Shown here: positions 38,014 to 47,545 of the stretch, piece by piece
How the letters are laid out: each line of letters starts with the position of its first letter
Position numbering within the stretch: the first letter of the stretch is position 1
Assembly (NCBI GenBank): GCA_021772535.1
Contig: JAJFLV010000021.1
Coordinates: 1 to 60,172 of the forward strand
DNA from: Opitutales bacterium
GTDB lineage: Bacteria; Verrucomicrobiota; Verrucomicrobiia; Opitutales; UBA2987
Length of the DNA stretch: 60,172 nt
Direction: 5' to 3'
Notes under the pieces: model-generated
What the model was told of the DNA's origin: nothing
The model's database searches: none
What the model saw: only the letters and a program-made list of their open reading frames with translations
Program-made: the position numbers and the translations under genes

Positions 38014-38634
38014 TCAGGCGCTCTTCTTCTTCGGAATCCGATCTTTTTTAAATTCGATTACGTGATCCACGATTCCGTAGTCCTTGGCCTCGCTGGCCGT
38101 CATGTAATAATCGCGATCCGAATCGCTTTCGATCTGGGCAATATCCTTACCCGTGTGTTCAGCCAGGATTTCATTGATAATACGTTTCCACCGCAGGATT
38201 TCTCTGGCCGCAATGGAAATGTCGGAGGTCTGACCGGTGGCGCCCCCTGTGGGCTGGTGAATCATTACCCGGCTGTGCGGAAGGGCGCTGCGCTTGCCCG
38301 GAGTTCCGGAGGACAGCAGAACCGTGCTCATGCTGGCAGCTTGCCCAATGCAGGTTGTGGCCACATCGCAGGATAGAAAATTTATGGTGTCATAAACGGC
38401 CATACCGTCGGTCACACTGCCCCCGGGCGAATTTATGTAAACGTTGATGTCTTTTTTAGGATCCTCCATCTCCAGAAATAGAAGCTGGGCGATCACGCCA
38501 TTGGCCACATAATCGTCGATCGGGGTTCCGATAAAAATGATCCGGTCTTTCAGCAACCGGCTGTAAATGTTCCATTCTCTCTCGGTGCGGCCATCGTGTT
38601 CAACGACGCTAGGTATGGGAAGGTAATAGCTCAA
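38014..38634 (-). CDS. clpP: ATP-dependent Clp protease proteolytic subunit
   Basis: YINSPGG, AASM, MIHQP and DRD motifs; TTG start. Confidence 0.95.
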   Translation of the reverse strand: MSYYLPIPSVVEHDGRTEREWNIYSRLLKDRIIFIGTPIDDYVANGVIAQLLFLEMEDPKKDINVYINSPGGSVTDGMAVYDTINFLSCDVATTCIGQAASMSTVLLSSGTPGKRSALPHSRVMIHQPTGGATGQTSDISIAAREILRWKRIINEILAEHTGKDIAQIESDSDRDYYMTASEAKDYGIVDHVIEFKKDRIPKKKSA

Positions 38635-38790
38635 TCGTGTTTCTCCTCTTTGAATTTAATCTTAAAAAATATTTAATCCCGGCAATTGAAGCAAGAGAAT
38701 TTACTGACCCACTCTATCGGGGACGGTAAATGCAATTTTCTCCAGACTTGCTAATGTAACAAGAAATATGACGTGACAATCGTTCAAACC

Positions 38791-40107
38791 TTAATCGGAT
38801 TTTTCCTTCATGATGGATTGTTTCACCAGCCAATCGAGGGTTTTGTCAGTTAATACGGATCGTTGCAAAGCCTGCAGGCGAGCCGGATCTTTTTCGATTT
38901 CCTTGACATACTCCTTGGGCTCGGTGCGAGTGGCCATTGCCTGTGACAGGATGGCCTTTTGCATGTCCTCTTGTTCTATCGAAATTTTCTCCTCGGCGGC
39001 AATACGCGAAAGCAGAATATCCGTTTTCACGCGCCGGGCGGCGGTACGACGAGAGTTATCGTAGATTTCCTCCTTATGTTTTTCAAATTCGCTCTCCGGC
39101 ACTCCGCGATCCATATTTTGCCTCATGATTTGCGACATGGCCTGATTAGTCTCCTGCTCAAGAGCGCTTTCCGGCAGCGGAAACTCAACCCGTGCGTGAA
39201 TTTCCTCAATAATTTGCTGACGCTGGGCCTGTCGGTTGCCGTATTTTTTCCGATTCTGCAAATCCTCAAAAACCTGATCTTTAAGTACCTCGAGGCTTTC
39301 TATTTTCAGACTTTCCAGAAACTTTTTATCCAGTTCCGGCAGTATGCGGGTACGCACTTCGTGAACTTCAAAGCGGTAGAGAGCTTTCTTTCCTGACAAT
39401 TCAGGCACCTTGAAATCCCCAGGAAAATCCATTTCAGCCTCCTTTTTCTCCCCAGCGCTCATTCCCACCAGGCTTTCAACGACCACGGGAACCCCCATTT
39501 CCTGCTCGGTCGCGCCGGCTTCCTCCCAAGTATTCTCCTGTTTCCCCCAAATGGGTTTGTCGGGGATTATTTCGGCAATCGGGGCGCCATCGATCTCTCC
39601 TTCGTAGGATACCTTGACAAAATCCCCCTTGGCCGCCGCTCGATCGACTATCTCGAACTGGGAACGCTGCTTACGAATCTCCTCAATGGCAGTCTCGATC
39701 TCCTCATCGGAGACATCTTCTGATTCGATCACAGTGGGTATCCCTTTATACTCAGGAAGATTGAATTCGGGATTGATATCGACGGTAAAGGTAACCTGGC
39801 CTTCCTGGCCGGCATCAAATTCCCCGCCATCCATATCAATGAGGCCATAGATATCCATATCCGCTTCCTTGGCAGCCACTTCATAAGCGCCGGCGATTAA
39901 TTTTCGCTTCAACTCTGCCCCCAATTCCTTCGCATATCGAGACCGAATAACCTGCGGAGGAGCTTTGCCGGGGCGAAATCCCGGAAGTCTTGCCTGCTTG
40001 ATCAATTCTTTAAGGATAGAGTTTTCTTCCTTTAAGATCTCCTCCGGGGAGACGGAGACGATAAGTTTTTTGCGGGTCTCATTGACCTCTTCGATTGTAA
40101 CATTCAC
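38791..40107 (-). CDS. tig: Trigger factor
   Basis: PGFRPGKAP signature; canonical tig-clpP-clpX order. Confidence 0.93.
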   Translation of the reverse strand: MNVTIEEVNETRKKLIVSVSPEEILKEENSILKELIKQARLPGFRPGKAPPQVIRSRYAKELGAELKRKLIAGAYEVAAKEADMDIYGLIDMDGGEFDAGQEGQVTFTVDINPEFNLPEYKGIPTVIESEDVSDEEIETAIEEIRKQRSQFEIVDRAAAKGDFVKVSYEGEIDGAPIAEIIPDKPIWGKQENTWEEAGATEQEMGVPVVVESLVGMSAGEKKEAEMDFPGDFKVPELSGKKALYRFEVHEVRTRILPELDKKFLESLKIESLEVLKDQVFEDLQNRKKYGNRQAQRQQIIEEIHARVEFPLPESALEQETNQAMSQIMRQNMDRGVPESEFEKHKEEIYDNSRRTAARRVKTDILLSRIAAEEKISIEQEDMQKAILSQAMATRTEPKEYVKEIEKDPARLQALQRSVLTDKTLDWLVKQSIMKEKSD

Positions 40108-40176
40108 CTTGGATGCCTGCTGTTGCGCTTGTGGAAATGAAAAAAAGGGGCAATAAACACAAAAGCCAACAAGTGG

Positions 40177-42354
40177 TCAATGTCTGAATTTGGCGGATTT
40201 CCACAACGAAAACGGTTCGTAGGAAAAGCGCACCTCATTTAAGCCGGGCTCGACCGCAACCGCTTTAAACGTTCCGAATAATTTGGAGATGGGAACCTCC
40301 ATCCCGTTGACATAGGCCTTCCAGTCAGGATCCCAATTATCAATAAAGCTGACATAGACCGACTGATTACTTTGAAGGTTGAATTTGAGGATATCTCCAT
40401 CGTAGTGAAGCGGTTCGATTTTGAGACCTTCCGAGGATTCCACATGTTCGGAATCAGCCAGGAAATCCTTCATCGTGGGATGATCCAGCCGCTCGGAGAC
40501 AAAAAGGAGCTTAGGGCTCGAGATACCCATCAACTTGTTGAAATAGGGCTCTAATTCCGCATTTTTGACCTCACTGAAATCATCGAAAACCCTGCCGTAA
40601 AACTCCAGGTAATCGCTAAAATACCATGTATCGATAACGCCGACATTGAAATGCGGAAACTTCAAGGTGTAATAACTGCGAATCCGTGGAATGTAAAAAG
40701 CGGCCGGAATGAATTTGGCAAAATGAGGAGTTGATTTCCTGCTACTGTAAACATTGGAGTAAATCCACTGTTTCGCCCCACCGGTAAAGGACAATTCCAC
40801 AAAAACTGCCACCGCCAAAAGACAAACTAGAGCAGAAGGAGCTAATCGGGAAGTGAAAAGCCCTGGCCTTTTTCCGGACAAAAACACAATTCCTGCCAGC
40901 AGAAGGCAGGCTGCCAGGTTCATGGCCAGAAATCGCCACTCCGTTCCTTTCAGGTGGTCAAACATCTTAATCCAGTAAGGATCGAATTTTTCATTATTGT
41001 AGAGCAACAACTGAATACTTCCGAAAAAAACGGCCGATTCAAAGAGAACTTTCAATAGGCGAAGGCGAATCCTGCCTTGGCCATTGCGACCGCTTTGCCG
41101 GGAGAAAACTAATCTCTCAAAATAAAGAAATGCCCTGCCCATTGCGAGAGCCAGCAATGGAACGAGAATGATGTTTAAACGGCCCCAGACTCGTAAACTG
41201 TCAAAACCGGGAAACCAATTATAAAGCAAATCAAAGAGGTAGGAAATTCTTCCATAGGTAATATAGGAAATTACCGAAAACCAGGCCAATCCAATAACGA
41301 CAAAAAGCCAATCAGACCGCATTCTTTTTCGATTCAGAAATATCGACACCCCGAATATGACGAGCAAAAAGAACCCCGTAAAACCGAAATAATACCAGCC
41401 ATCGGCTTGGGCCGAGGGGGGGAATATCAATGCCCCCAGGGTGTCCATACCGTCAAAATGAAAAGCGGTTGCAAATCCATAGTTTTTCCCTCCCCGGCTG
41501 GTCGTTCGTTCAAAAAGTTGAAACATTTTCGTGTAGTAGGGAAGGCAGAGGAGTGAAGCGACCGCCGCCGGCAGGAAACACGTAGTCAGAAATCGTAAAT
41601 TGGAAACCGGTGGTGGTTTTGTGCTGAAGTGGAGCGCATCCCGTGTCTTCCCAAAGAGCAGCAAGACAACATAGGGAGGAATGAGAAAAAGACAGTAGTA
41701 ACTGTAGTAGGGATATCCGGCGGTCAGTTGCATTATACAGGCGGCAAATAGAATCAGTCCGGTTTCACGGCTATTTTTGGCTTCCCGGGCGCGAGCAATT
41801 CCATACAGAATCCAGGGAATCCAGGCCGCTGCATGAATAGCGTTGGGAAACCGCAGGATATCCCCAATTTTAAAGCTGATAGAAAATACCAAGGCAGCAA
41901 AAAGAGCCCCTCGACGAGAGGGTAGAATCCGCCCCAGCCAAAAATAGAGCCCCAAACCGAAAAGAGCAGCGCCGAACACGGAAAATATTTGATGATCGAA
42001 TACAGAATACCCTCCGAATATCTTGTAAATGAGGATCAGGGGAACATTCAACGGATAAAAAACCTGGTTAAATGGATTGGAGTAGAAGGGAAAGCCAGCT
42101 CCCTCTCCCGGCGACCAAAGCGGAAAGTGACCCTGGGCCATCAATTCCAGAAAGTAGGCTTTGTGAACATAATAGAGAACGTAAAAATCGTTGTCGATGG
42201 CAACCGGACTATTGGGCGAGAGAAAGGATCGAAAAAACAGAAACGGCCAAAGAAAAACCAGCGCCCCGCAACCGAAACCCAAGAGTCGGACAGTTGAAAT
42301 CCGTTGGCCGAAGGAAGCCTGTAGTCGCTCAAATACCCTAGGAAACGGCTTCAT
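40177..42354 (-). CDS. YfhO-like multi-pass membrane protein (GT-C glycosyltransferase candidate)
   Basis: GHFPLWSP..G.PF...P..VFYP N-terminal motif, many TM helices, C-terminal DPDWKAYVNG...V.F.YEP domain. Confidence 0.75.
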   Translation of the reverse strand: MKPFPRVFERLQASFGQRISTVRLLGFGCGALVFLWPFLFFRSFLSPNSPVAIDNDFYVLYYVHKAYFLELMAQGHFPLWSPGEGAGFPFYSNPFNQVFYPLNVPLILIYKIFGGYSVFDHQIFSVFGAALFGLGLYFWLGRILPSRRGALFAALVFSISFKIGDILRFPNAIHAAAWIPWILYGIARAREAKNSRETGLILFAACIMQLTAGYPYYSYYCLFLIPPYVVLLLFGKTRDALHFSTKPPPVSNLRFLTTCFLPAAVASLLCLPYYTKMFQLFERTTSRGGKNYGFATAFHFDGMDTLGALIFPPSAQADGWYYFGFTGFFLLVIFGVSIFLNRKRMRSDWLFVVIGLAWFSVISYITYGRISYLFDLLYNWFPGFDSLRVWGRLNIILVPLLALAMGRAFLYFERLVFSRQSGRNGQGRIRLRLLKVLFESAVFFGSIQLLLYNNEKFDPYWIKMFDHLKGTEWRFLAMNLAACLLLAGIVFLSGKRPGLFTSRLAPSALVCLLAVAVFVELSFTGGAKQWIYSNVYSSRKSTPHFAKFIPAAFYIPRIRSYYTLKFPHFNVGVIDTWYFSDYLEFYGRVFDDFSEVKNAELEPYFNKLMGISSPKLLFVSERLDHPTMKDFLADSEHVESSEGLKIEPLHYDGDILKFNLQSNQSVYVSFIDNWDPDWKAYVNGMEVPISKLFGTFKAVAVEPGLNEVRFSYEPFSLWKSAKFRH

Positions 42355-43867
42355 TTTTTCCTTCGGTGTTTTGCAAAATTCGTCTTTGTGAAGACTCCCG
42401 GGTAACCTTCAGCAAATCGTTAACGGTGGGTAAAGCTTTGGCCCGAACGAATATCTGGTAGGAGAACATTCCCCTGCTCAGCTTTATAAATAAATGGTTC
42501 AGGGCGAGCAGGCTCCGGCTCAGGATATTATTCCCCAGGGCCTTTGGAAAGGGGGCCGGAATTCCTCGCAAATCGACAATTTCATAACCGCTTTGCCGAA
42601 GCAGGTCTTTCAAGGAACTTTGAGTCAAAAGACGACGGTGAGTAAGGTCCAGAATGCCTGATTTGCCGTATTGAAACTCTCCCAGAAGGAGGCGGAACCG
42701 GATAATAAAAAATGCTACGTTGGGAACCGTGATAATGATTGTGGTTTTCCCCTTGTTAGGAATGGCTTCACGAAGGCGATCAAGAAAATTTTCGGGGCTC
42801 GAGAGGTGCTCTATGATATCCAGCAATAAAATATAATCTTCCTCCTCCACCGGAAGATCGAGAGATTCGCAATCGAGATCTCCGGGAGTGAATTTATCGA
42901 CGTTTGCAAGGTCTTCAAGTTGATGCCGGTCAACACCGTGTACATAGCACTCCTTTTTTTTAAGTTCCCGGGCCAAAAGTCCTTGTCCGCAGCCCAGATC
43001 AAGAATTCGGGAACCGTTGGGGATCGCCTCGATAACCAGAGTGTGGGAGGAGACATAACCCAACTTGAGGTCGTAGGCTTCCTGTGGCCCAAGCACGTCG
43101 AAGACCTTGCGATAGCGAATGCCCATCCCATGCAATCGGCTGGCGATGGTCGTCAGGACCACATCGCGAGCATATTTCAAGCCGTTGACGTAGCAAATTT
43201 CATCACCGTAATAGGTGGGTATGGGAATTTCCCTGATGACAAATTTTTTCAAAAGGAACTGGATGATGATTTCGGAATCGAAATGGAAATCGTTGGTATT
43301 GCTTTGAAACGGAACCTGGGCCAAGGCTTTGACCGAATAGATCCGGTATCCGGAATGAAATTCACTGAGATTAGACCCCAACAGCCAGTTTTGCACCTTG
43401 GTCAATATCCGGTTTCCGACAAGTTTGTAAAGCGGCATCCCCCCCTTGAGTGCATTACCGGGTTTTGACATTCGGCTGCCGAAAACGGCATCGCATTGCC
43501 CCTCGAGAACCGGCACGGACAATTCCTCCAGCATTTCCGGGGCGTATTGACCATCGCCGTGAAGAAGGGCCACCGCATCGAAATCGTGGTCGATGGCATA
43601 TTGATACCCCAGTTTCTGGTTGCCGCCATAACCTTGGTTGACTGGATTGTAAAGGACTTCGATGTCCAGACCGGGATTATGGTCTTTAAATGCCAGGCCC
43701 TGGGCAAAAGTGTGGTCCTTGGAGGAATCGTCGATGATAAGAATACGGTAATTGTATTTTTTTAGGCTTTCGGGGATGCGGCGCAAAGTGTTCGTCAGAG
43801 TGCTTTCAGCGTTGTAAGCCACGATAAAAACCAGGAGGGATTTGCCCAATCCATTTTCAGATGTCAT
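42338..43867 (-). CDS. Bifunctional GT2 glycosyltransferase (polyprenol-P-sugar synthase-like) / class I methyltransferase
   Basis: IDDSSKD, NQGYGGNQK, LLHGDGQY and FHSGYR in the GT2 part; ILDLGCGQG and DIIEHL in the methyltransferase part. Confidence 0.88.
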   Translation of the reverse strand: MTSENGLGKSLLVFIVAYNAESTLTNTLRRIPESLKKYNYRILIIDDSSKDHTFAQGLAFKDHNPGLDIEVLYNPVNQGYGGNQKLGYQYAIDHDFDAVALLHGDGQYAPEMLEELSVPVLEGQCDAVFGSRMSKPGNALKGGMPLYKLVGNRILTKVQNWLLGSNLSEFHSGYRIYSVKALAQVPFQSNTNDFHFDSEIIIQFLLKKFVIREIPIPTYYGDEICYVNGLKYARDVVLTTIASRLHGMGIRYRKVFDVLGPQEAYDLKLGYVSSHTLVIEAIPNGSRILDLGCGQGLLARELKKKECYVHGVDRHQLEDLANVDKFTPGDLDCESLDLPVEEEDYILLLDIIEHLSSPENFLDRLREAIPNKGKTTIIITVPNVAFFIIRFRLLLGEFQYGKSGILDLTHRRLLTQSSLKDLLRQSGYEIVDLRGIPAPFPKALGNNILSRSLLALNHLFIKLSRGMFSYQIFVRAKALPTVNDLLKVTRESSQRRILQNTEGKNEAVS

Positions 43868-43892
43868 AACTGTATGGATTTACTAAAACGGG

Positions 43893-46118
43893 TTACCGTT
43901 TTTCGATTTCACCCTCGTATTTGAGTATAAGAGTGCAGTCGCCCGGCAGTATGAGCTCAAGGGAATAGGGTTGACCATGGAATGGGATGTTATCGGTCTG
44001 CAAACCACCCAGGTTGCCCGCCCCTTGTCCGCCATAAACCTCTGCATCCGAATTGATGACTTCCCTCCAGAAACCTGCCCAGGGCACACCGACTCGATAA
44101 GGCGCTCGCTCCACGGGAGTGAAGTGGCCAATAACGGCCAGGGTATCTTCCGGTTTTTCATTCCGGCGCACAAACGAAATTACCGAACTTTCAGCATCGT
44201 CGTATGAAATCCATTCAAAACCGTCGGGATCGTTGTCAGTCTCATAAAGAACCGGTGAGGCTCGATAGAGGGTGTTCAAGTCGCGCACGATCAACTGCAC
44301 TCCTTCATGGTCCTTAAATTGAAGCAGATGCCAATCGAGGCTATTGTCGTAATGCCACTCTCTGGACTGGCCGAAATCGCTGCCCATAAAAAGTATCTTT
44401 TTTCCCGGCCAGGCCCACATCAATGTGTAAAGAGCCCGCAGGTTACAGGCTTTCTCGGTCATGGATGAGGCTGCCATCTTCATAATCATGGAACCCTTCC
44501 CGTGGACCACCTCGTCATGGGAAAAAACCTGCACAAAATTTTCGCTGAATTGGTAAACCATCCCGAAAGTGAGGTTATGCTGGTGCCATTTTCGATGAAT
44601 CGGGTCTTTTGAAAAATATTCGCAAGTGTCGTTCATCCAACCCATATTCCACTTAAAATCGAATCCCAACCCCTCCTCCGAGGCTGGCCGGGTCACTCCG
44701 GGCCAGGAGGTGGATTCCTCCGCAATCATAAGAACACCAGGGTAATATTGATGTACCAATTCGTTGGTTTTCCGTAAAAACCGAACCGCTTCAATATTTT
44801 CCCGGCCCCCGTATTGGTTGGGGATCCACTCCCCTTCCTCCCGGGAATAATCGAGATAAAGCATGGATGCGACGGCATCGACCCGCAGACCGTCAATATG
44901 GTAGCGGTCCAACCAGGACAGGGCGCTGGCAGTAAGGAATCCGCGCACTTCGTGGCGACCATAATTAAAGACCAGGGTGCCCCATTCGCGGTGAAGACCC
45001 TGCCGGGGGTCGGCATGCTCGAAAAGCTGCGTGCCGTCAAATTCGGCCAACGCGAAATGGTCCACCGGAAAATGCCCCGGCACCCAATCGACAATGATAC
45101 CGATCCCGTTGCGGTGTAAAGCATTCACTAGGTAAATAAAGTCATCCGGATCGCCGAAACGATGGGTGGGAGCAAAAAATCCGGTTACCTGATAACCCCA
45201 GGAACCATCGAAAGGATGCTCCGAAAGAGGCAAAAACTCGACATGGGTATAGCCCATGTCCTTAAGATAATCTACCAGATCCGAAGCCATTTCCCTGTAG
45301 CTGAAAGGCCGGTTGCCGTCCTCTACAACCCGTTTCCATGACCCGGGATGAATTTCGTAAATGCTGATTGGCATCTTTTTCCAGTCGGTTCGGGCGCGGG
45401 CCTCGATCCACCCTGCGTCATTCCAGCAATCGGTTTTAACCTCGTGAATAATGGAGGCATTATGCGGAGGCGCCTCGAAATAAATGCCGAACGGATCCAC
45501 CTTGAGACGAACAAACCCATCGGTGCCTAAAATCTCGAATTTATATTTCTGCCCCGCCACCAGACCGGGGATGAAGATTTCCCAAATACCGCTCGTTCCC
45601 AAGGGACGCATGGGATGGTAGCGCCCATCCCAATTGTTAAAATTACCGACAACAGAAAGCCTTTTGGCATTGGGAGCCCAAACAGCAAAGGACACCCCCT
45701 TTACACCCTCAATCTCCCTCGGATGGGCGCCTAGTTTTTTATATATCCGGTGCTCATTGCCCTCGTTGAACAAATAGGTGTCCTGCTCGCTCAAACTTGG
45801 CAAAAAACTGTAGGGATCGTAAAACTGCCGGATTTCGCTGTTGCCCCGTTCGATTCGCAAGCGATAGCGGAAAACCTGGTTTCGATTGCCGATCAGTCCC
45901 TCAAAAAACCCTTCGGGTGAAATTTTTTCCAGACGGTATCGTTTCTCCGGGACGCTTTCATAATCGATCACCTCGCAACTTGCCGCATCGAGAATCAATG
46001 CCCGCACAATGAGCCTTTTCTTCCCCTTGTGGGTACACGGATGCATCCCCAGAAGACTGTGGGGATGCCCGTGCTGGGCTTTCAAAAGAGCCTCAAGTTC
46101 GGCCGGATCGATTATCAC
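43893..46118 (-). CDS. glgB: 1,4-alpha-glucan branching enzyme
   Basis: FAVWAPNA, YEIHPGSW, SWGYQ, GLRVDAVASM, IAEES and SHDEVVHGK motifs. Confidence 0.96.
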   Translation of the reverse strand: MIIDPAELEALLKAQHGHPHSLLGMHPCTHKGKKRLIVRALILDAASCEVIDYESVPEKRYRLEKISPEGFFEGLIGNRNQVFRYRLRIERGNSEIRQFYDPYSFLPSLSEQDTYLFNEGNEHRIYKKLGAHPREIEGVKGVSFAVWAPNAKRLSVVGNFNNWDGRYHPMRPLGTSGIWEIFIPGLVAGQKYKFEILGTDGFVRLKVDPFGIYFEAPPHNASIIHEVKTDCWNDAGWIEARARTDWKKMPISIYEIHPGSWKRVVEDGNRPFSYREMASDLVDYLKDMGYTHVEFLPLSEHPFDGSWGYQVTGFFAPTHRFGDPDDFIYLVNALHRNGIGIIVDWVPGHFPVDHFALAEFDGTQLFEHADPRQGLHREWGTLVFNYGRHEVRGFLTASALSWLDRYHIDGLRVDAVASMLYLDYSREEGEWIPNQYGGRENIEAVRFLRKTNELVHQYYPGVLMIAEESTSWPGVTRPASEEGLGFDFKWNMGWMNDTCEYFSKDPIHRKWHQHNLTFGMVYQFSENFVQVFSHDEVVHGKGSMIMKMAASSMTEKACNLRALYTLMWAWPGKKILFMGSDFGQSREWHYDNSLDWHLLQFKDHEGVQLIVRDLNTLYRASPVLYETDNDPDGFEWISYDDAESSVISFVRRNEKPEDTLAVIGHFTPVERAPYRVGVPWAGFWREVINSDAEVYGGQGAGNLGGLQTDNIPFHGQPYSLELILPGDCTLILKYEGEIEKR

Positions 46119-46237
46119 TTAGCTGCTTGCTATTTAATTGCTTCAGTTATTAAAAGCGCCCTTATTAACCAGAAATGTCGCTCTCTGCCAAGCTGGAATA
46201 GTTTCGGATGTCCCTGTCGGCAGAGTCATCCGGTAAT

Positions 46238-46543
46238 TCAACTCCTGCGGATACGCTGTATTATATCTGGAATAATAAAACAGAATTTCAAGAAACACAA
46301 AATCCAGATACCCCAGGAAAGGTAAACCAGGTACCTTGGGGCAAGATTCATTCCGCCAAGTAAAATCATTGAAATTGCCATGGCCTGCCCGGTCAGACTC
46401 ATTGCCAATTCCATCACCCATCTGGGAATGCGGCGGGACAGGGCGCCTTCAGCCTTAAAGTCCCGGAGAAAGTAGGAAAAAAGAAATACTACACCCGAAA
46501 ATACCCCGAGGATAATCAGAAACGCGGCCAGCTTATAATTCAT
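46238..46543 (-). CDS. Small membrane protein, ~3 TM, hypothetical
   Basis: Hydrophobic ORF; start uncertain (46579 or 46543). Confidence 0.5.
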   Translation of the reverse strand: MNYKLAAFLIILGVFSGVVFLFSYFLRDFKAEGALSRRIPRWVMELAMSLTGQAMAISMILLGGMNLAPRYLVYLSWGIWILCFLKFCFIIPDIIQRIRRS

Positions 46544-46711
46544 GCTCGACATGGACAGTGACAATTTGAGCATGCCCATGAAGCTAGGTCAATCATGCCC
46601 ATTGGAGATTTTCGCAGCAATATCAAAAGGAAATTCATACAAAGGATTGATTTCCCTAACCTGTTAATATATTGTTGCTCAAAATTCTCATCTCCCCTAA
46701 GTAATTTTCCC

Positions 46712-47053
46712 GTGAAGATAATAAAAGAACAACAGGATGGTCTCAAAATCCTCATTCTGGACGGCAGGCTTGACGCAATAAATGTAGAAGTGGTGGAAAA
46801 GACGGTTAAAGAGGCGCAAGCTGAAAAAGGGAGCAAAGTCCTGCTGGATATAAGTAAAATGTCCTATATCAGTAGTATCGGGCTGCGTGTTTTCCTGATG
46901 TCGGCCAAAAAGGCGGAAGCGGATGGCGGTAGGTTCGCCCTTTGTTCACCCTCCAGCAATGTTCAGTTGACTTTAGAAATTGCCGGTTTTGTTAAAATCC
47001 TCAATATTTACAATTCGCGTTCGGAAGCAGTTGAATCTTTTTCCGGAAATTAG
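46712..47053 (+). CDS. STAS domain anti-sigma factor antagonist (RsbV/SpoIIAA-like)
   Basis: GRLDA and LDISKMSYISSIGLR (phosphorylatable Ser) motifs; GTG start at 46712 inferred. Confidence 0.9.
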   Translation: MKIIKEQQDGLKILILDGRLDAINVEVVEKTVKEAQAEKGSKVLLDISKMSYISSIGLRVFLMSAKKAEADGGRFALCSPSSNVQLTLEIAGFVKILNIYNSRSEAVESFSGN

Positions 47054-47067
47054 ATTGAGCGATAGTT

Positions 47068-47502
47068 TCAGTCTTCCAATTTGGAAGACTTTGTCTTCAA
47101 TAGGTTTTTTTCAAGGATCAGGACATTGAATACCCCCTCCCGACGGTATTTGATCTGATCCATAAATTTTTTCAAGATATGAATTCCAAGCCCTCCGATG
47201 GAACGATCGGCCAGCGACGAATCCAATTCCCGCCGTGCGCTGTATTTCAGAGGATCGAAGGGAATGCCATCATCGCGCACTACAGCAACCAGGAAATCTT
47301 CGGCCTTGGTTAAATCCAGGTCTATGCCGTGCTCTCTCCTATCCTTATAGCCATAGGAAACTATATTGGTTAGGATTTCCTCCAGGCAAAGGTTGACGGC
47401 ATAGCGCACATCTTCGCCGATATCATTAGTTTCAAAAAAACATTCCAAATCCTCTCGCAACGAATCTAGCTCAGATAGTTTATTCTTGTAGCTTCGTTTC
47501 AT
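47068..47502 (-). CDS. RsbW/SpoIIAB-like serine kinase (anti-sigma factor)
   Basis: LEEILTNIVSYG, DDGIPFDP and GGLGIHI motifs. Confidence 0.9.
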   Translation of the reverse strand: MKRSYKNKLSELDSLREDLECFFETNDIGEDVRYAVNLCLEEILTNIVSYGYKDRREHGIDLDLTKAEDFLVAVVRDDGIPFDPLKYSARRELDSSLADRSIGGLGIHILKKFMDQIKYRREGVFNVLILEKNLLKTKSSKLED

Positions 47503-47545
47503 TGATCGATTATCCCCATCGATTGATCATAATTTACTTCTGGCG

